DNA of 32,000 nt from Candidatus Harpocratesius repetitus (GTDB lineage Archaea; Asgardarchaeota; Lokiarchaeia; Sigyniarchaeales; Promethearchaeaceae), in contig JAIZWK010000001.1 of NCBI GenBank assembly GCA_021498095.1, positions 2,130,001 to 2,162,000 on the forward strand, written 5' to 3'. The translations under genes and the position numbers were made by a program. The notes beneath the pieces are model-generated. The model searched no databases. It was not told the DNA's origin and saw only the letters and a list, made by a program, of their open reading frames with translations. Positions 18,532 through 27,414 of the stretch are shown here, one piece after another (the first letter of the stretch is position 1; each line of letters begins with the position of its first letter).

Positions 18532-19056
18532 TTGAAAAAAATGCCAGGTAAAACTGAAACAAGGAACGAATTTGATTGGGATGGTGTGGTGACCCAAATT
18601 CATGATATTATTGGTTCTAATACTGCAATATTTAACAAATACGGAATAATTTTAGCTTCAAAAATCGCTCAATTTCAAAAAGGAAGTCTTATATCTCCAA
18701 CAATTTTAGATTTCATTGATCGAAAACAGACTTTGATTAAAGAGCTTCAAGTTGAATACATTGATTGTATGGTATTAGAAGGAGATAAAGAGAATATTGT
18801 TTTTACTTTTGGTGAAAACTATAATTTAATGAGTAATATTCCAAAAAATGTCGATTTGGCAAAATATATGCCAAGTATTACAAGTTTCTTACGCACTCTT
18901 CATAAAACTGCTCCTAACAATGATTATCAGACTTCATTTAAACTACTTTCATTAGAAGATGAATTCGAAGAAATGAAGAATAGCACAGAAGAACAAGTTG
19001 GAAAAGAGAGATTTCCCATTTTTAAACATCTCATTAAATACTTAACAAAAAAGTGA
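18532..19056 (+). CDS. Roadblock/LAMTOR/MglB-like protein with C-terminal extension
   Basis: Helix, TAIFNKYGIILAS hairpin, helix, three strands (IDCMVLEG, NIVFTFG, YNLMSNI), helix: the roadblock secondary-structure order. Confidence 0.55.
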   Translation: MKKMPGKTETRNEFDWDGVVTQIHDIIGSNTAIFNKYGIILASKIAQFQKGSLISPTILDFIDRKQTLIKELQVEYIDCMVLEGDKENIVFTFGENYNLMSNIPKNVDLAKYMPSITSFLRTLHKTAPNNDYQTSFKLLSLEDEFEEMKNSTEEQVGKERFPIFKHLIKYLTKK

Positions 19057-19202
19057 TACTTCCTTTTTGTATTTTTTATTAATCGAATACATATAAATTT
19101 AGGAGAACTCTCATTATCTTATATCGAATTATATCTGTTAAACTCGTTTAAAAAAATTAATATAAAAATTATTTAAATAAAAATTTAACACGAGGATTAT
19201 AT

Positions 19203-21206
19203 ATGCTACGACAAGTTTTCATCACAAAAGATGGGGAAATTATCTTCAGGCGTGATTTTGGAAAAGCACTTGATCTAGAAGGTTTTAATCAAGCTTATAA
19301 GCAAATTATGAAAGAAGCATCTAAAATTGGGGCAGATAAAACTAAGTACCATGACTATTTTCAATATCGAATAGGATATCTTACAGAACCAGAGAAAAAT
19401 ATCATCTTCTTCTTCGTTTCAGATCTGTCTGATAAATTTGCAAATATTCAAAAAGAACTTGAAAGATGTCGAAAAGAATTTCTCGATATGTTTGGACCTA
19501 TCTTAGATGATCAAATAGATCAAGATACATTTGAGATTTTTGACCCAACCATTGAACTAATTCATAAAAATTTACGCCCAAAAATCTCTTTGGTCGGTTT
19601 TTCTGGTGTGGGTAAAACAACAATCACCCGTTTGATTACCGCACAAGATATCCCGATGGAACATGTACCTACCATAACAGGAGATATCGGGACAATCAAG
19701 ATCGGTAAACTTCATTTCCATCTATGGGATTTTGCCGGCCAAGAACAGTTTTCCTTTTTATGGAACAATTTTATTAAAGGTTCTGATGCAGTCTTGTTAA
19801 TTACGGACTCAACATTGGAGAACTGCGAGAAAAGTCGATATTTCACAGAATTGATAAAGAAGGAAGCACCTTATGCACACACTGCTTGTATTGGTAATAA
19901 GCAAGATCTTCCAGATGCGATGCCAATTGCAGATATTGAGCGGATTTTAGGTATGAAAGCTTATTCAATGATAGCAGTTGACCCCGATAATCGAGATAAA
20001 ATGATAACAATCATTGCTGATGTTTTAGAAATGTCTGGTGAAGTTTCTCCATTATTAAAACCTTTAATTCAGCGAGATAAAATAATGAAACAAGCTGAAG
20101 AAGCACTTGAAGAGGGGAATTTTCAGCAAGCATTACATTTGTTTGAAGAATTGGCGGATCTTAGTTTGGAATTAGGTGATGACCGGGTAAGTCAAGATTT
20201 TCATGAAAAAGCTATGAAAATTAAAGCAATCCTTCAGCAATTTGAATCAAAAAGTGAAGAAAAAAAGAAATCAGACTCTATTCAAAATAAAAAAGAAGAA
20301 AAAACTAATGGTAAAGAATTAATCTCTCCACCTGTACCTAAGACCTCTGTCACACCTCCACCTGCACCTAAGACCTCTGTCACACCTCCACCTGCACCTA
20401 AGACCTCTGTCACACCTCCACCTGCACCTAAGACCTCTGTCACACCTCCACCTGCACCTAAGACCTCTGTCACACCTCCACCTGCACCTAAGACCTCTGT
20501 CACACCTCCACCTGCACCTAAGACCTCTGTCACACCTCCACCTGCACCTAAGACCTCTGTCACACCTCCACCTGCACCTAAGACCTCTGTCACACCTCCA
20601 CCTGCACCTAAGTCCTCTGTCACACCTCCACCTGCACCTAAGTCCTTTATCACACCTCCACCTGCACCTAAGTCCTTTGTCACACCTCCACCTGCACCTA
20701 AACCAAAAACAATTCCGGTAGATCAATCAGATCTTAAAATATCAAAAGGAGTAAGTATTCCAAAATCCAAAACCACTTCATCTAATAAGGAAGATAAACT
20801 TGAGCAATTATTGGAGCAGGCAAAAGCTAAAAAGCTGAAAAAACAAGCTGCACAAAGCCAAACTAAATCCATTCAACAAGAAGTATCGAGTCAATCAATA
20901 AAACACTCTATTATTCCACCATTAGCAACTAATTCAACTTCAAGTACTTCGAATAGTGCTTCATCAATAGAAAACACATTACAACCTCAATTTTCAAGTG
21001 AACAATCATCCACAAATAGTGATATGAGAGCTCTAATTACAGATTTAAAGATTAAAGTAGCAAATGTAAATAAAACTTTACTCGATATGGAAATGCAGAA
21101 TATTACGGGAGAGCTTTCAGATGAAGATTTCGCCAATAAATCAAAGCGACTTGAATCAGTGAAAACTCGACTTGAACAACAAATTCAAGATTTAGAAAAA
21201 ATTTAG
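19203..21206 (+). CDS. Multidomain Arf-like small GTPase: longin - GTPase - TPR/MIT-like helices - Pro-rich repeat - Ser/Thr linker - SHOCT-like coiled coil
   Basis: G1 GFSGVGKT (aa132, nt 19596), switch I VPTIT, G3 WDFAGQE, G4 NKQD. N-terminal ~120 aa are longin-like (VFITKDGEIIFRRDF...IIFFFVSD...ELERCRKEF). Confidence 0.88.
   Translation: MLRQVFITKDGEIIFRRDFGKALDLEGFNQAYKQIMKEASKIGADKTKYHDYFQYRIGYLTEPEKNIIFFFVSDLSDKFANIQKELERCRKEFLDMFGPILDDQIDQDTFEIFDPTIELIHKNLRPKISLVGFSGVGKTTITRLITAQDIPMEHVPTITGDIGTIKIGKLHFHLWDFAGQEQFSFLWNNFIKGSDAVLLITDSTLENCEKSRYFTELIKKEAPYAHTACIGNKQDLPDAMPIADIERILGMKAYSMIAVDPDNRDKMITIIADVLEMSGEVSPLLKPLIQRDKIMKQAEEALEEGNFQQALHLFEELADLSLELGDDRVSQDFHEKAMKIKAILQQFESKSEEKKKSDSIQNKKEEKTNGKELISPPVPKTSVTPPPAPKTSVTPPPAPKTSVTPPPAPKTSVTPPPAPKTSVTPPPAPKTSVTPPPAPKTSVTPPPAPKTSVTPPPAPKTSVTPPPAPKSSVTPPPAPKSFITPPPAPKSFVTPPPAPKPKTIPVDQSDLKISKGVSIPKSKTTSSNKEDKLEQLLEQAKAKKLKKQAAQSQTKSIQQEVSSQSIKHSIIPPLATNSTSSTSNSASSIENTLQPQFSSEQSSTNSDMRALITDLKIKVANVNKTLLDMEMQNITGELSDEDFANKSKRLESVKTRLEQQIQDLEKI
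20326..20700 (+). repeat. Coding tandem repeat, 30-bp unit AGACCTCTGTCACACCTCCACCTGCACCTA, 12 full copies plus a partial copy
   Basis: Nine identical units at 20341-20610, three variant units at 20611-20700, partial unit at 20326-20340. Encodes (KTSVTPPPAP)n. No spacers. Confidence 0.98.
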
Positions 21207-21264
21207 TGATACTTTTTTACAATATATCTATAATTTTTTATCTTTTCTCTTTTCTCACATTTCG

Positions 21265-22311
21265 TTAAATTATTTGTTCAAAAATCTCATCAATGTTTAT
21301 ATTTTTAAAGATTTCCTCTGGTTTGATTTCCACATCATCAATATCGGATATTTGTTTGATTATTTCTAAATCGATTAATTTTTGAAAATTGATAATGTTA
21401 ACATCTGATTTATTTAAAGAATCTGAATCTTTTTGTTCTCGAATTGAAATTTCTTCATCTTCATTTGGAGAATTATCAGAGTCTAATGAATTGGCTGATT
21501 TCTTAAAAATATTTGATAAGAATCTCTTCTTTCTTTCCTTATTTTTTCCACTTTGATCTGGATTAGGAGCGTCTTCTAATTGCTCAAATCCATCTGGATC
21601 AATTAATTTTTTGTTATATAGATAACATTCCAGAAGATCATCATATAAAAGCATCGGAACAAAAGCTTTTTGAAATGTTTTCATTCGTTTTAAATCAAAA
21701 ATATCTGTCTGAATAATATCTGGAAAAATATAATCTCCTTTTTTTTTATAGAGATTTTTTAATATTTTTTTTTTTTTGTAATCAATTGAAATTTTATTTT
21801 CAGAGAATTTTGAATTACAGTATTCAATAATTTCATCAATATGACCAATTAATGCTTGTTTAAAATCTAAACCTTCTAAAGATCGAATATACGCATTTAA
21901 ATAAGAATCAAGAATAAATGACAAATCTTCACTATAAGAATGAATTCTTGATACTAAGTTTTTGGATTCATTCCACCAAATTTCAATAAGATCGAAGGAT
22001 AACTGCTTAAAAAATAGTGTTCTATATTTTTGTTCTGTATATTTAAGCAAATTTGTAATTAATAATGAATATAATCGTGTGTAATCATATGAAAAGTTTT
22101 TATTTTGAAAGGAAATTATACTTTTTTTATGTGGAAAAATGAATAATGTAGGTAGTTTTGATATAATTCGATCAATTCTAACAGGCATAGGTAGAATTGG
22201 AAAGGGAAAATTCGGACTTTCAATTTGATCTATAAAAAAAAACATGGGAGCTGCTTCATTTTTTCTATGAATTAGTTTTGGTTTTGATGTTGAGGCACTT
22301 CTATTGAACAT
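21265..22311 (-). CDS. Hypothetical protein with low-complexity acidic C-terminal insert
   Basis: 348-codon ORF downstream of dppF on the same strand. No family recognised; start uncertain. Confidence 0.65.
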   Translation of the reverse strand: MFNRSASTSKPKLIHRKNEAAPMFFFIDQIESPNFPFPILPMPVRIDRIISKLPTLFIFPHKKSIISFQNKNFSYDYTRLYSLLITNLLKYTEQKYRTLFFKQLSFDLIEIWWNESKNLVSRIHSYSEDLSFILDSYLNAYIRSLEGLDFKQALIGHIDEIIEYCNSKFSENKISIDYKKKKILKNLYKKKGDYIFPDIIQTDIFDLKRMKTFQKAFVPMLLYDDLLECYLYNKKLIDPDGFEQLEDAPNPDQSGKNKERKKRFLSNIFKKSANSLDSDNSPNEDEEISIREQKDSDSLNKSDVNIINFQKLIDLEIIKQISDIDDVEIKPEEIFKNINIDEIFEQII

Positions 22312-22371
22312 ATAAAATCATTCCAATTTAAAATTAAAACTAAGAAAAAGAATAATTGAAAAAAAAAAATT

Positions 22372-23397
22372 TTAAATTTCATCTCTACCAAATTGCCAGC
22401 ACCAGATGTGATGGCTTTCTGAAAGAGCTGTTTCTTCTGGTTCTTTTTTATTGCATTCTGGTAACATTTTAGCTTGACATCTTGGATGGAATGAACATCC
22501 ACTTGGTGGGTTTGATGGTGAAGGGATTTCTCCTTCTAAAATGATTTTTTCTTGTAATTCACTTTTACTCACTGCTGGTCTGGCAGATAAAAGTGCTTGT
22601 GTATAAGGATGTTGATTATTGTAGAAAATATCTTCTATATTACCAGTTTCTACAAATTTACCAAGATACATTACCCCAATTCTATGACCAATATGATGAA
22701 TTACTGAAAGATCATGTGTTATAAAGATATAAGCCAAGTGAAGTTTCTCTTGCAATTCTTGTAACAAATTCAAAATTTGGGCTTGAACTGAGACATCTAA
22801 TGCAGAAGTAGGTTCATCCAATACAATTACATCTGGATTACATGCTAGTGCTTTCGCAATGACAATCCTTTGTTTTTGACCACCTGAGAATTCGTGTGGA
22901 TAACGATCTAAGTGTTCTGCTTTAAGGGATACTTGAGTCATTAATTCAAGAACTCTCTGGCGTAATTCGACCTTATCTTTAATTCCTAAAAGGTTTTTCA
23001 GTGGTTCTCCAATAATATCAACAATTTTCATCCTTGGATTTAATGATGCATCAGGATCTTGAAATACCATTTGGATTTTTTGTCGAATTCTTCGTTTTTT
23101 AGATAATTGATTTTGGATTTCTTCATTTCTATATCTGATAGATCCACCACTTGTTTTAACTAAATTTAGAATTGCTTTAGCAATAGTCGTTTTTCCACAT
23201 CCACTTTCTCCTACAATTCCTAAGGTTTCATTTGGATACAATTCAAAGCTTACTCCACGAACTGCTCGTACAGTGCCTACTTTTCGCATGAATAAGCCAC
23301 CAATTATAGGATACTCAACTTCTAAATTTTCAACAGTTAATACTGGTTCGTTTGGATCTATTTCATCAATTTGTGGATTTGATATTGATTCTGTCAT
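22372..23397 (-). CDS. dppF: Oligopeptide/dipeptide ABC transporter ATP-binding subunit (DppF/OppF)
   Basis: GESGCGKT, VFQDP, FSGGQKQRI, LDEPTSALD, ITHDL, HPYT, C-terminal GCSFHPRC. Start overlaps the dppD stop (TAATG at 23395-23399). Confidence 0.93.
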   Translation of the reverse strand: MTESISNPQIDEIDPNEPVLTVENLEVEYPIIGGLFMRKVGTVRAVRGVSFELYPNETLGIVGESGCGKTTIAKAILNLVKTSGGSIRYRNEEIQNQLSKKRRIRQKIQMVFQDPDASLNPRMKIVDIIGEPLKNLLGIKDKVELRQRVLELMTQVSLKAEHLDRYPHEFSGGQKQRIVIAKALACNPDVIVLDEPTSALDVSVQAQILNLLQELQEKLHLAYIFITHDLSVIHHIGHRIGVMYLGKFVETGNIEDIFYNNQHPYTQALLSARPAVSKSELQEKIILEGEIPSPSNPPSGCSFHPRCQAKMLPECNKKEPEETALSESHHIWCWQFGRDEI

Positions 23398-24647
23398 TAT
23401 ATTGTAGCCTCCAATCTTTCTTCATTTGTAAGTGGTCTATAGAGATCAGGATCAGATTTGTCTTTATCATATAAATGACAAGCAACTTGAACTGCATTAT
23501 TTAATGGAATTAAATCTGGTCTGATTTCTTGGCATACTTTCATTGCATGAGGACATCTTGGATGAAATCGACATCCACTAGGTGGATAAATAAGGTTTGG
23601 AACCATTCCCTTAATGATTGCTAATTTATTCTTTCTTGATTCTGGTGTTACTTTTGGAATTGCAGCAAGAAGACCTTTGGTATAAGGATGTTGAGGATTT
23701 TCAAATATATCTTCAACAGTTCCGTATTCTACAATATTTCCAGAATACATAACTGCAACTCGATCACACAATTCAAAAATCACTCCTAATGAGTGAGTGA
23801 TAAACAAGACTGAATTATGAAGTCGATTTTTCAATTCTCGAATCATATCTAAAATTTGTGCTTGAATAGTAACATCTAGTGCAGTAGTGGGTTCATCACA
23901 AATTAACAACTTTGAATTACATGCCAAACCCATAGCAATCATGATTCGTTGCCGCATCCCTCCAGATAGTTCATGTGGGTATCGATTAATCAGAGAATCT
24001 GCATTTGGAAGACCGATTCGATCTAATAACTGTGAAGATTCACGATAAGCGATATCTTTCAATGTTATTCGGCCCTTAACTTTTCGTTTTAGTGCATTTA
24101 TCTGAACTTTAAGGGTTTCAGCGCCTTCTTCTGATGCATTTTTCAAGTCTGATTTCATTTGTTTAAGCTTTTCCTTTAAAATGCTATTTTCTTGGCGAGC
24201 TTTCGCTAATTCTTCTTTTAGGTATTCTTTTTGGTGAAGTAAGTAAACTTCCGCCAATTGATCGCCTACTTTCATTACTGGATTCAATGAATTCATAGGA
24301 TCTTGGAAAATCATAGTAATTGTGTTTCCTCTGTAGTGTAACATCTGATTTTCTGGTAAATCAATAAGATTAATACCTTCAAATTCGATTTGTCCAGATA
24401 TTATTTTTCCAGGAGATCGAACTAACCGCAATAATGAAAGTGCGGTTACAGATTTTCCACATCCTGTTTCACCTACTAAACCCAAAATTTCATTTTTATT
24501 AATGGTAAATGATACACCATCGACAGCTTTAACAACACCTTCTTCTGTGTAAAAGTATGTCTTTAAATCTTTTACTTTTAAAAGGAGTTCTTTTTCTTCG
24601 GTGTTTGAGTTATCTGAATTTGTTGTATTTTTTTGAACTTCTATCAT
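23397..24647 (-). CDS. dppD: Oligopeptide/dipeptide ABC transporter ATP-binding subunit (DppD/OppD) with coiled-coil insertion
   Basis: GETGCGKS, IFQDPM, LSGGMRQRIMIA, CDEPTTALD, ITHSL, GCRFHPRC. Confidence 0.93.
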   Translation of the reverse strand: MIEVQKNTTNSDNSNTEEKELLLKVKDLKTYFYTEEGVVKAVDGVSFTINKNEILGLVGETGCGKSVTALSLLRLVRSPGKIISGQIEFEGINLIDLPENQMLHYRGNTITMIFQDPMNSLNPVMKVGDQLAEVYLLHQKEYLKEELAKARQENSILKEKLKQMKSDLKNASEEGAETLKVQINALKRKVKGRITLKDIAYRESSQLLDRIGLPNADSLINRYPHELSGGMRQRIMIAMGLACNSKLLICDEPTTALDVTIQAQILDMIRELKNRLHNSVLFITHSLGVIFELCDRVAVMYSGNIVEYGTVEDIFENPQHPYTKGLLAAIPKVTPESRKNKLAIIKGMVPNLIYPPSGCRFHPRCPHAMKVCQEIRPDLIPLNNAVQVACHLYDKDKSDPDLYRPLTNEERLEATI

Positions 24648-24666
24648 TTATATCATCACTCTTTGT

Positions 24667-25680
24667 TTATTTTCTTCCTTGTAATCGAGGATCTAAAGCA
24701 TCCCTTAATCCATCACCTACTAACATAAAGGCTAACACAGTCAATAAAATTCCAAATCCTGGAGTAAATGCTGCCCAAGGTGCATCATAAATATGATTTC
24801 GAGCGTAATTAATATCCGTTCCCCATTCTACTAATGAACTATCAGAGAAGCCAAGAAATGATAGGCCGGCTAAGCTTAAGATAATTCCTCCAATATCAAA
24901 TGTAAATGCAACAATTATTGGTGCTAAACAATTTGGAAGAATGTGCTTAAACATAATTTTCAAGTCGTTAGCTCCTGCCACTTTTGCAGCTTCAACATAG
25001 GTTTTATTCTTTTCTTGAAGTGCAGTTCCTCGAATTAATCTTGTATATCCAGGAATACCTAAAATACCATAAGTCAGTAAGATGGTTTGCATACTGGTAC
25101 TTAAAATTGATATTAAGATGATTACAATAATCAATCCTGGAAATGCCATAATGATATCAACCATTCGCATGATCAAATTATCAATAATACCACCTTGATA
25201 AGAGGAGAAGATTCCAAGCAAAGTTCCTAATGTGACACTAATGATAATCGAGAATAAACCCATAGTAAGTGACGATCTCGCACCCCATATCAACCTTGCT
25301 AATACATCACGCCCAAATTTAGAGACTCCTAAGGGGTGTAAATAATTTGGTGCAGACCATGGAGTAATTCCCTCAGCAATACCGGTAATTTCTATATCAT
25401 AATCAAATACTGTGATTAAAGGGGCAAAAACAGCCCAAGTAACCACAATAAATATTATAAAGAACCCAAAAATTGTCAGAGGATTGTTTAATTTGGTAAT
25501 AAATCTTCGTTTACTTTTAAAACGTGTCAACATTTCATGTCGTCTTTCTAATTCTCGACTTTTCATTCCAGGAACAAACAAAAATCCTAAGTATTTTTTA
25601 GTTATTTCTGACATTTGTTTTCCAAAGGGTTCTGGTCTATATAATTTTGCTTCTAAATTAGTAATTTTTATATCTTCCAT
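24667..25680 (-). CDS. dppC: Peptide ABC transporter permease (DppC/OppC)
   Basis: HPLG..GRDVLARLIWGARSSL, DNLIMRMVDI, EAA motif YVEAAKVAGA, KHILPN, GDGLRDALDPR. Start moved from 25725 to ATG 25680, 8 nt downstream of a GGAGG that directly follows the dppB stop. Confidence 0.93.
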   Translation of the reverse strand: MEDIKITNLEAKLYRPEPFGKQMSEITKKYLGFLFVPGMKSRELERRHEMLTRFKSKRRFITKLNNPLTIFGFFIIFIVVTWAVFAPLITVFDYDIEITGIAEGITPWSAPNYLHPLGVSKFGRDVLARLIWGARSSLTMGLFSIIISVTLGTLLGIFSSYQGGIIDNLIMRMVDIIMAFPGLIIVIILISILSTSMQTILLTYGILGIPGYTRLIRGTALQEKNKTYVEAAKVAGANDLKIMFKHILPNCLAPIIVAFTFDIGGIILSLAGLSFLGFSDSSLVEWGTDINYARNHIYDAPWAAFTPGFGILLTVLAFMLVGDGLRDALDPRLQGRK

Positions 25681-25688
25681 TTTTAAAT

Positions 25689-25693
25689 CCTCC
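25689..25693 (-). promoter_or_regulatory. Shine-Dalgarno site for dppC
   Basis: Minus strand reads TAA GGAGG ATTTAAAA ATG. Confidence 0.75.
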
Positions 25694-26725
25694 TTAATAT
25701 CGGATTCGTGGATCCACGACTCCATATAATATATCTGTGATTAAATTAGCGAGTACGAAAATGATGGTCATTAAGAATACACTTGCATTAATTAAGAAAT
25801 AATCTTGTTTATTGATTGCATCGATTGTCATCATTCCCATCCCGTTTAAAGCAAAAGTTGTTTCTGTTAAAACTGCCCCTCCAAGTAGTCCTGCAAAACT
25901 TAAGGTAACAATTGTAATTGTTGTAATTTGTGCGTTTCTCCATGCATGTTTGTAGATAACTTGATGTTCTGAACATCCTTTTGCTCGGGCAGTTCGTATG
26001 TAATCCAATTCTAATACTTCAAGCATACTTGAACGGGTCTGTCGGGTAATACCTGCAACTGAAATGAAACTTAAAGCAAAAACAGGCATGATAAGGTGTA
26101 AAACTGTATCCTTGAAGACATCAAAATCACCTTTGATAAAGGAATCCAGCAAACGTAATCCTGTAATATCAGGCTTATATGTAATATATTGAATTCCTTG
26201 ATACCCAGTTGCATCCAACCAGCCTAATTTTACCGCAAATATAAATTGTAGAATCATTCCTAACCAAAATACAGGAATTGCAACTCCAACTAAGGCAAAG
26301 AATCTAATGATTGTGTCGGACCATTGATTTCGATGAACTGCAGAGAAAATTCCTGCAAAAATACCAACAACAGTTGCAATACTTACCGAAAGAATTGTTA
26401 TCTCAAATGTTTTTGGGAATTTTACTGAGATTATATCCCACACAGGAGTATCTTTTGGAAGAACTGCAATTGTATTACCCCAATCCCCCGAAAATAGATT
26501 TTTCATATAAATTAGAAATTGGGTTAAAATAGGATCATAATATCCCCATTTTTGCTTTTGATCTTCAATATATATTTTCCGAGCATCAGTCATATGTTCC
26601 CCTGCCATTAACGTCCAAGGATCAGAGGGCATTAATTGCGCTAACCAAAAAGTTAGAAACATTACTCCAAGTAATATTGGGATTAATGCAATTATCCTCC
26701 TAATTGTATATTTTATTAAACTCAT
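25694..26725 (-). CDS. dppB: Peptide ABC transporter permease (DppB/OppB)
   Basis: YTIRR..LIP, GDWG, FPKTFE, PVFWLG, TRSSMLEVLELDYIRTARAKG, HAWRNA, DILYGVVDPRIRY. Confidence 0.94.
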   Translation of the reverse strand: MSLIKYTIRRIIALIPILLGVMFLTFWLAQLMPSDPWTLMAGEHMTDARKIYIEDQKQKWGYYDPILTQFLIYMKNLFSGDWGNTIAVLPKDTPVWDIISVKFPKTFEITILSVSIATVVGIFAGIFSAVHRNQWSDTIIRFFALVGVAIPVFWLGMILQFIFAVKLGWLDATGYQGIQYITYKPDITGLRLLDSFIKGDFDVFKDTVLHLIMPVFALSFISVAGITRQTRSSMLEVLELDYIRTARAKGCSEHQVIYKHAWRNAQITTITIVTLSFAGLLGGAVLTETTFALNGMGMMTIDAINKQDYFLINASVFLMTIIFVLANLITDILYGVVDPRIRY

Positions 26726-26757
26726 TTTATGATTTCACCTTTTCCTTTTCTAAAAAA

Positions 26758-27414
26758 TTATTGTATTTCTGTAGATTCTGATTTGGACTTTTGAAGTAAT
26801 TGTTCTTGAAGTGATTCAATTGCTTTCAATTTTATCATAGATTCACGCTCTTGTACTAGTGATCTAATCCATCCCCCAATAACACCGGCAAATGTATAGA
26901 CAACTAAAAGAACTACAAGATTGACATACCCTTCCCATGATGAAAAGTATCTGCCGATGGTTGTAAAAATTAATTCCCGAGCATTAATTGCTGTCCAAAT
27001 CCATGAGATCATAATAATAAATGGAACTGTCCAGATATTATTCTTTATTGCAAAAACAACAAAATTTTCCCGATAGCTTTGATAAATCCCAATAAAAATT
27101 AAAATAAATAAGCTTGTTAAACCAACAGGTATATGATACACGAAATTCAAGAATGATGGGAGATTTAAAGACAACGGGTTAAAGTTATAATAGGGATCAA
27201 AGTTGAAAAAATTCGTGTATACGAACAGAATATGATCTGGTTTATAAAGTTGTGGGTTATTTTGAATATCAGGAATACCACAGTTTACAATCCAACCAAA
27301 AAATAAGAAATATATTAGAAATAATCCTATTATTATATTTACCATATTGTTAGTTAGATTTATTTTTAGCGAAAAAGATCGCTTTTTAACTAGACTTAAT
27401 TCTTCATTAGCCAT
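26758..27414 (-). CDS. Hypothetical integral membrane protein (about 4 TM) at the head of the dppBCDF operon
   Basis: Four hydrophobic stretches; ends 32 bp before dppB on the same strand. Confidence 0.7.
   Translation of the reverse strand: MANEELSLVKKRSFSLKINLTNNMVNIIIGLFLIYFLFFGWIVNCGIPDIQNNPQLYKPDHILFVYTNFFNFDPYYNFNPLSLNLPSFLNFVYHIPVGLTSLFILIFIGIYQSYRENFVVFAIKNNIWTVPFIIMISWIWTAINARELIFTTIGRYFSSWEGYVNLVVLLVVYTFAGVIGGWIRSLVQERESMIKLKAIESLQEQLLQKSKSESTEIQ

Noticed and set aside
20326-20700. 30-bp repeats as a CRISPR array
   Set aside because: Units are head-to-tail with no spacers, lie in frame inside a protein gene, and no cas genes are present.
20282-20726. Antisense ORFs encoding (GAGGGVTEVL)n and (CRWRCDRGLR)n
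   Set aside because: By-products of the stop-free repeat unit; they barely extend beyond the array and overlap a well-supported gene.
19052-21214. Identical AGTGATACTT at the 3' ends of the roadblock (19052-19061) and GTPase (21205-21214) genes
   Set aside because: Only two short instances overlapping stop codons before T-tracts; compatible with chance or ordinary terminator context.
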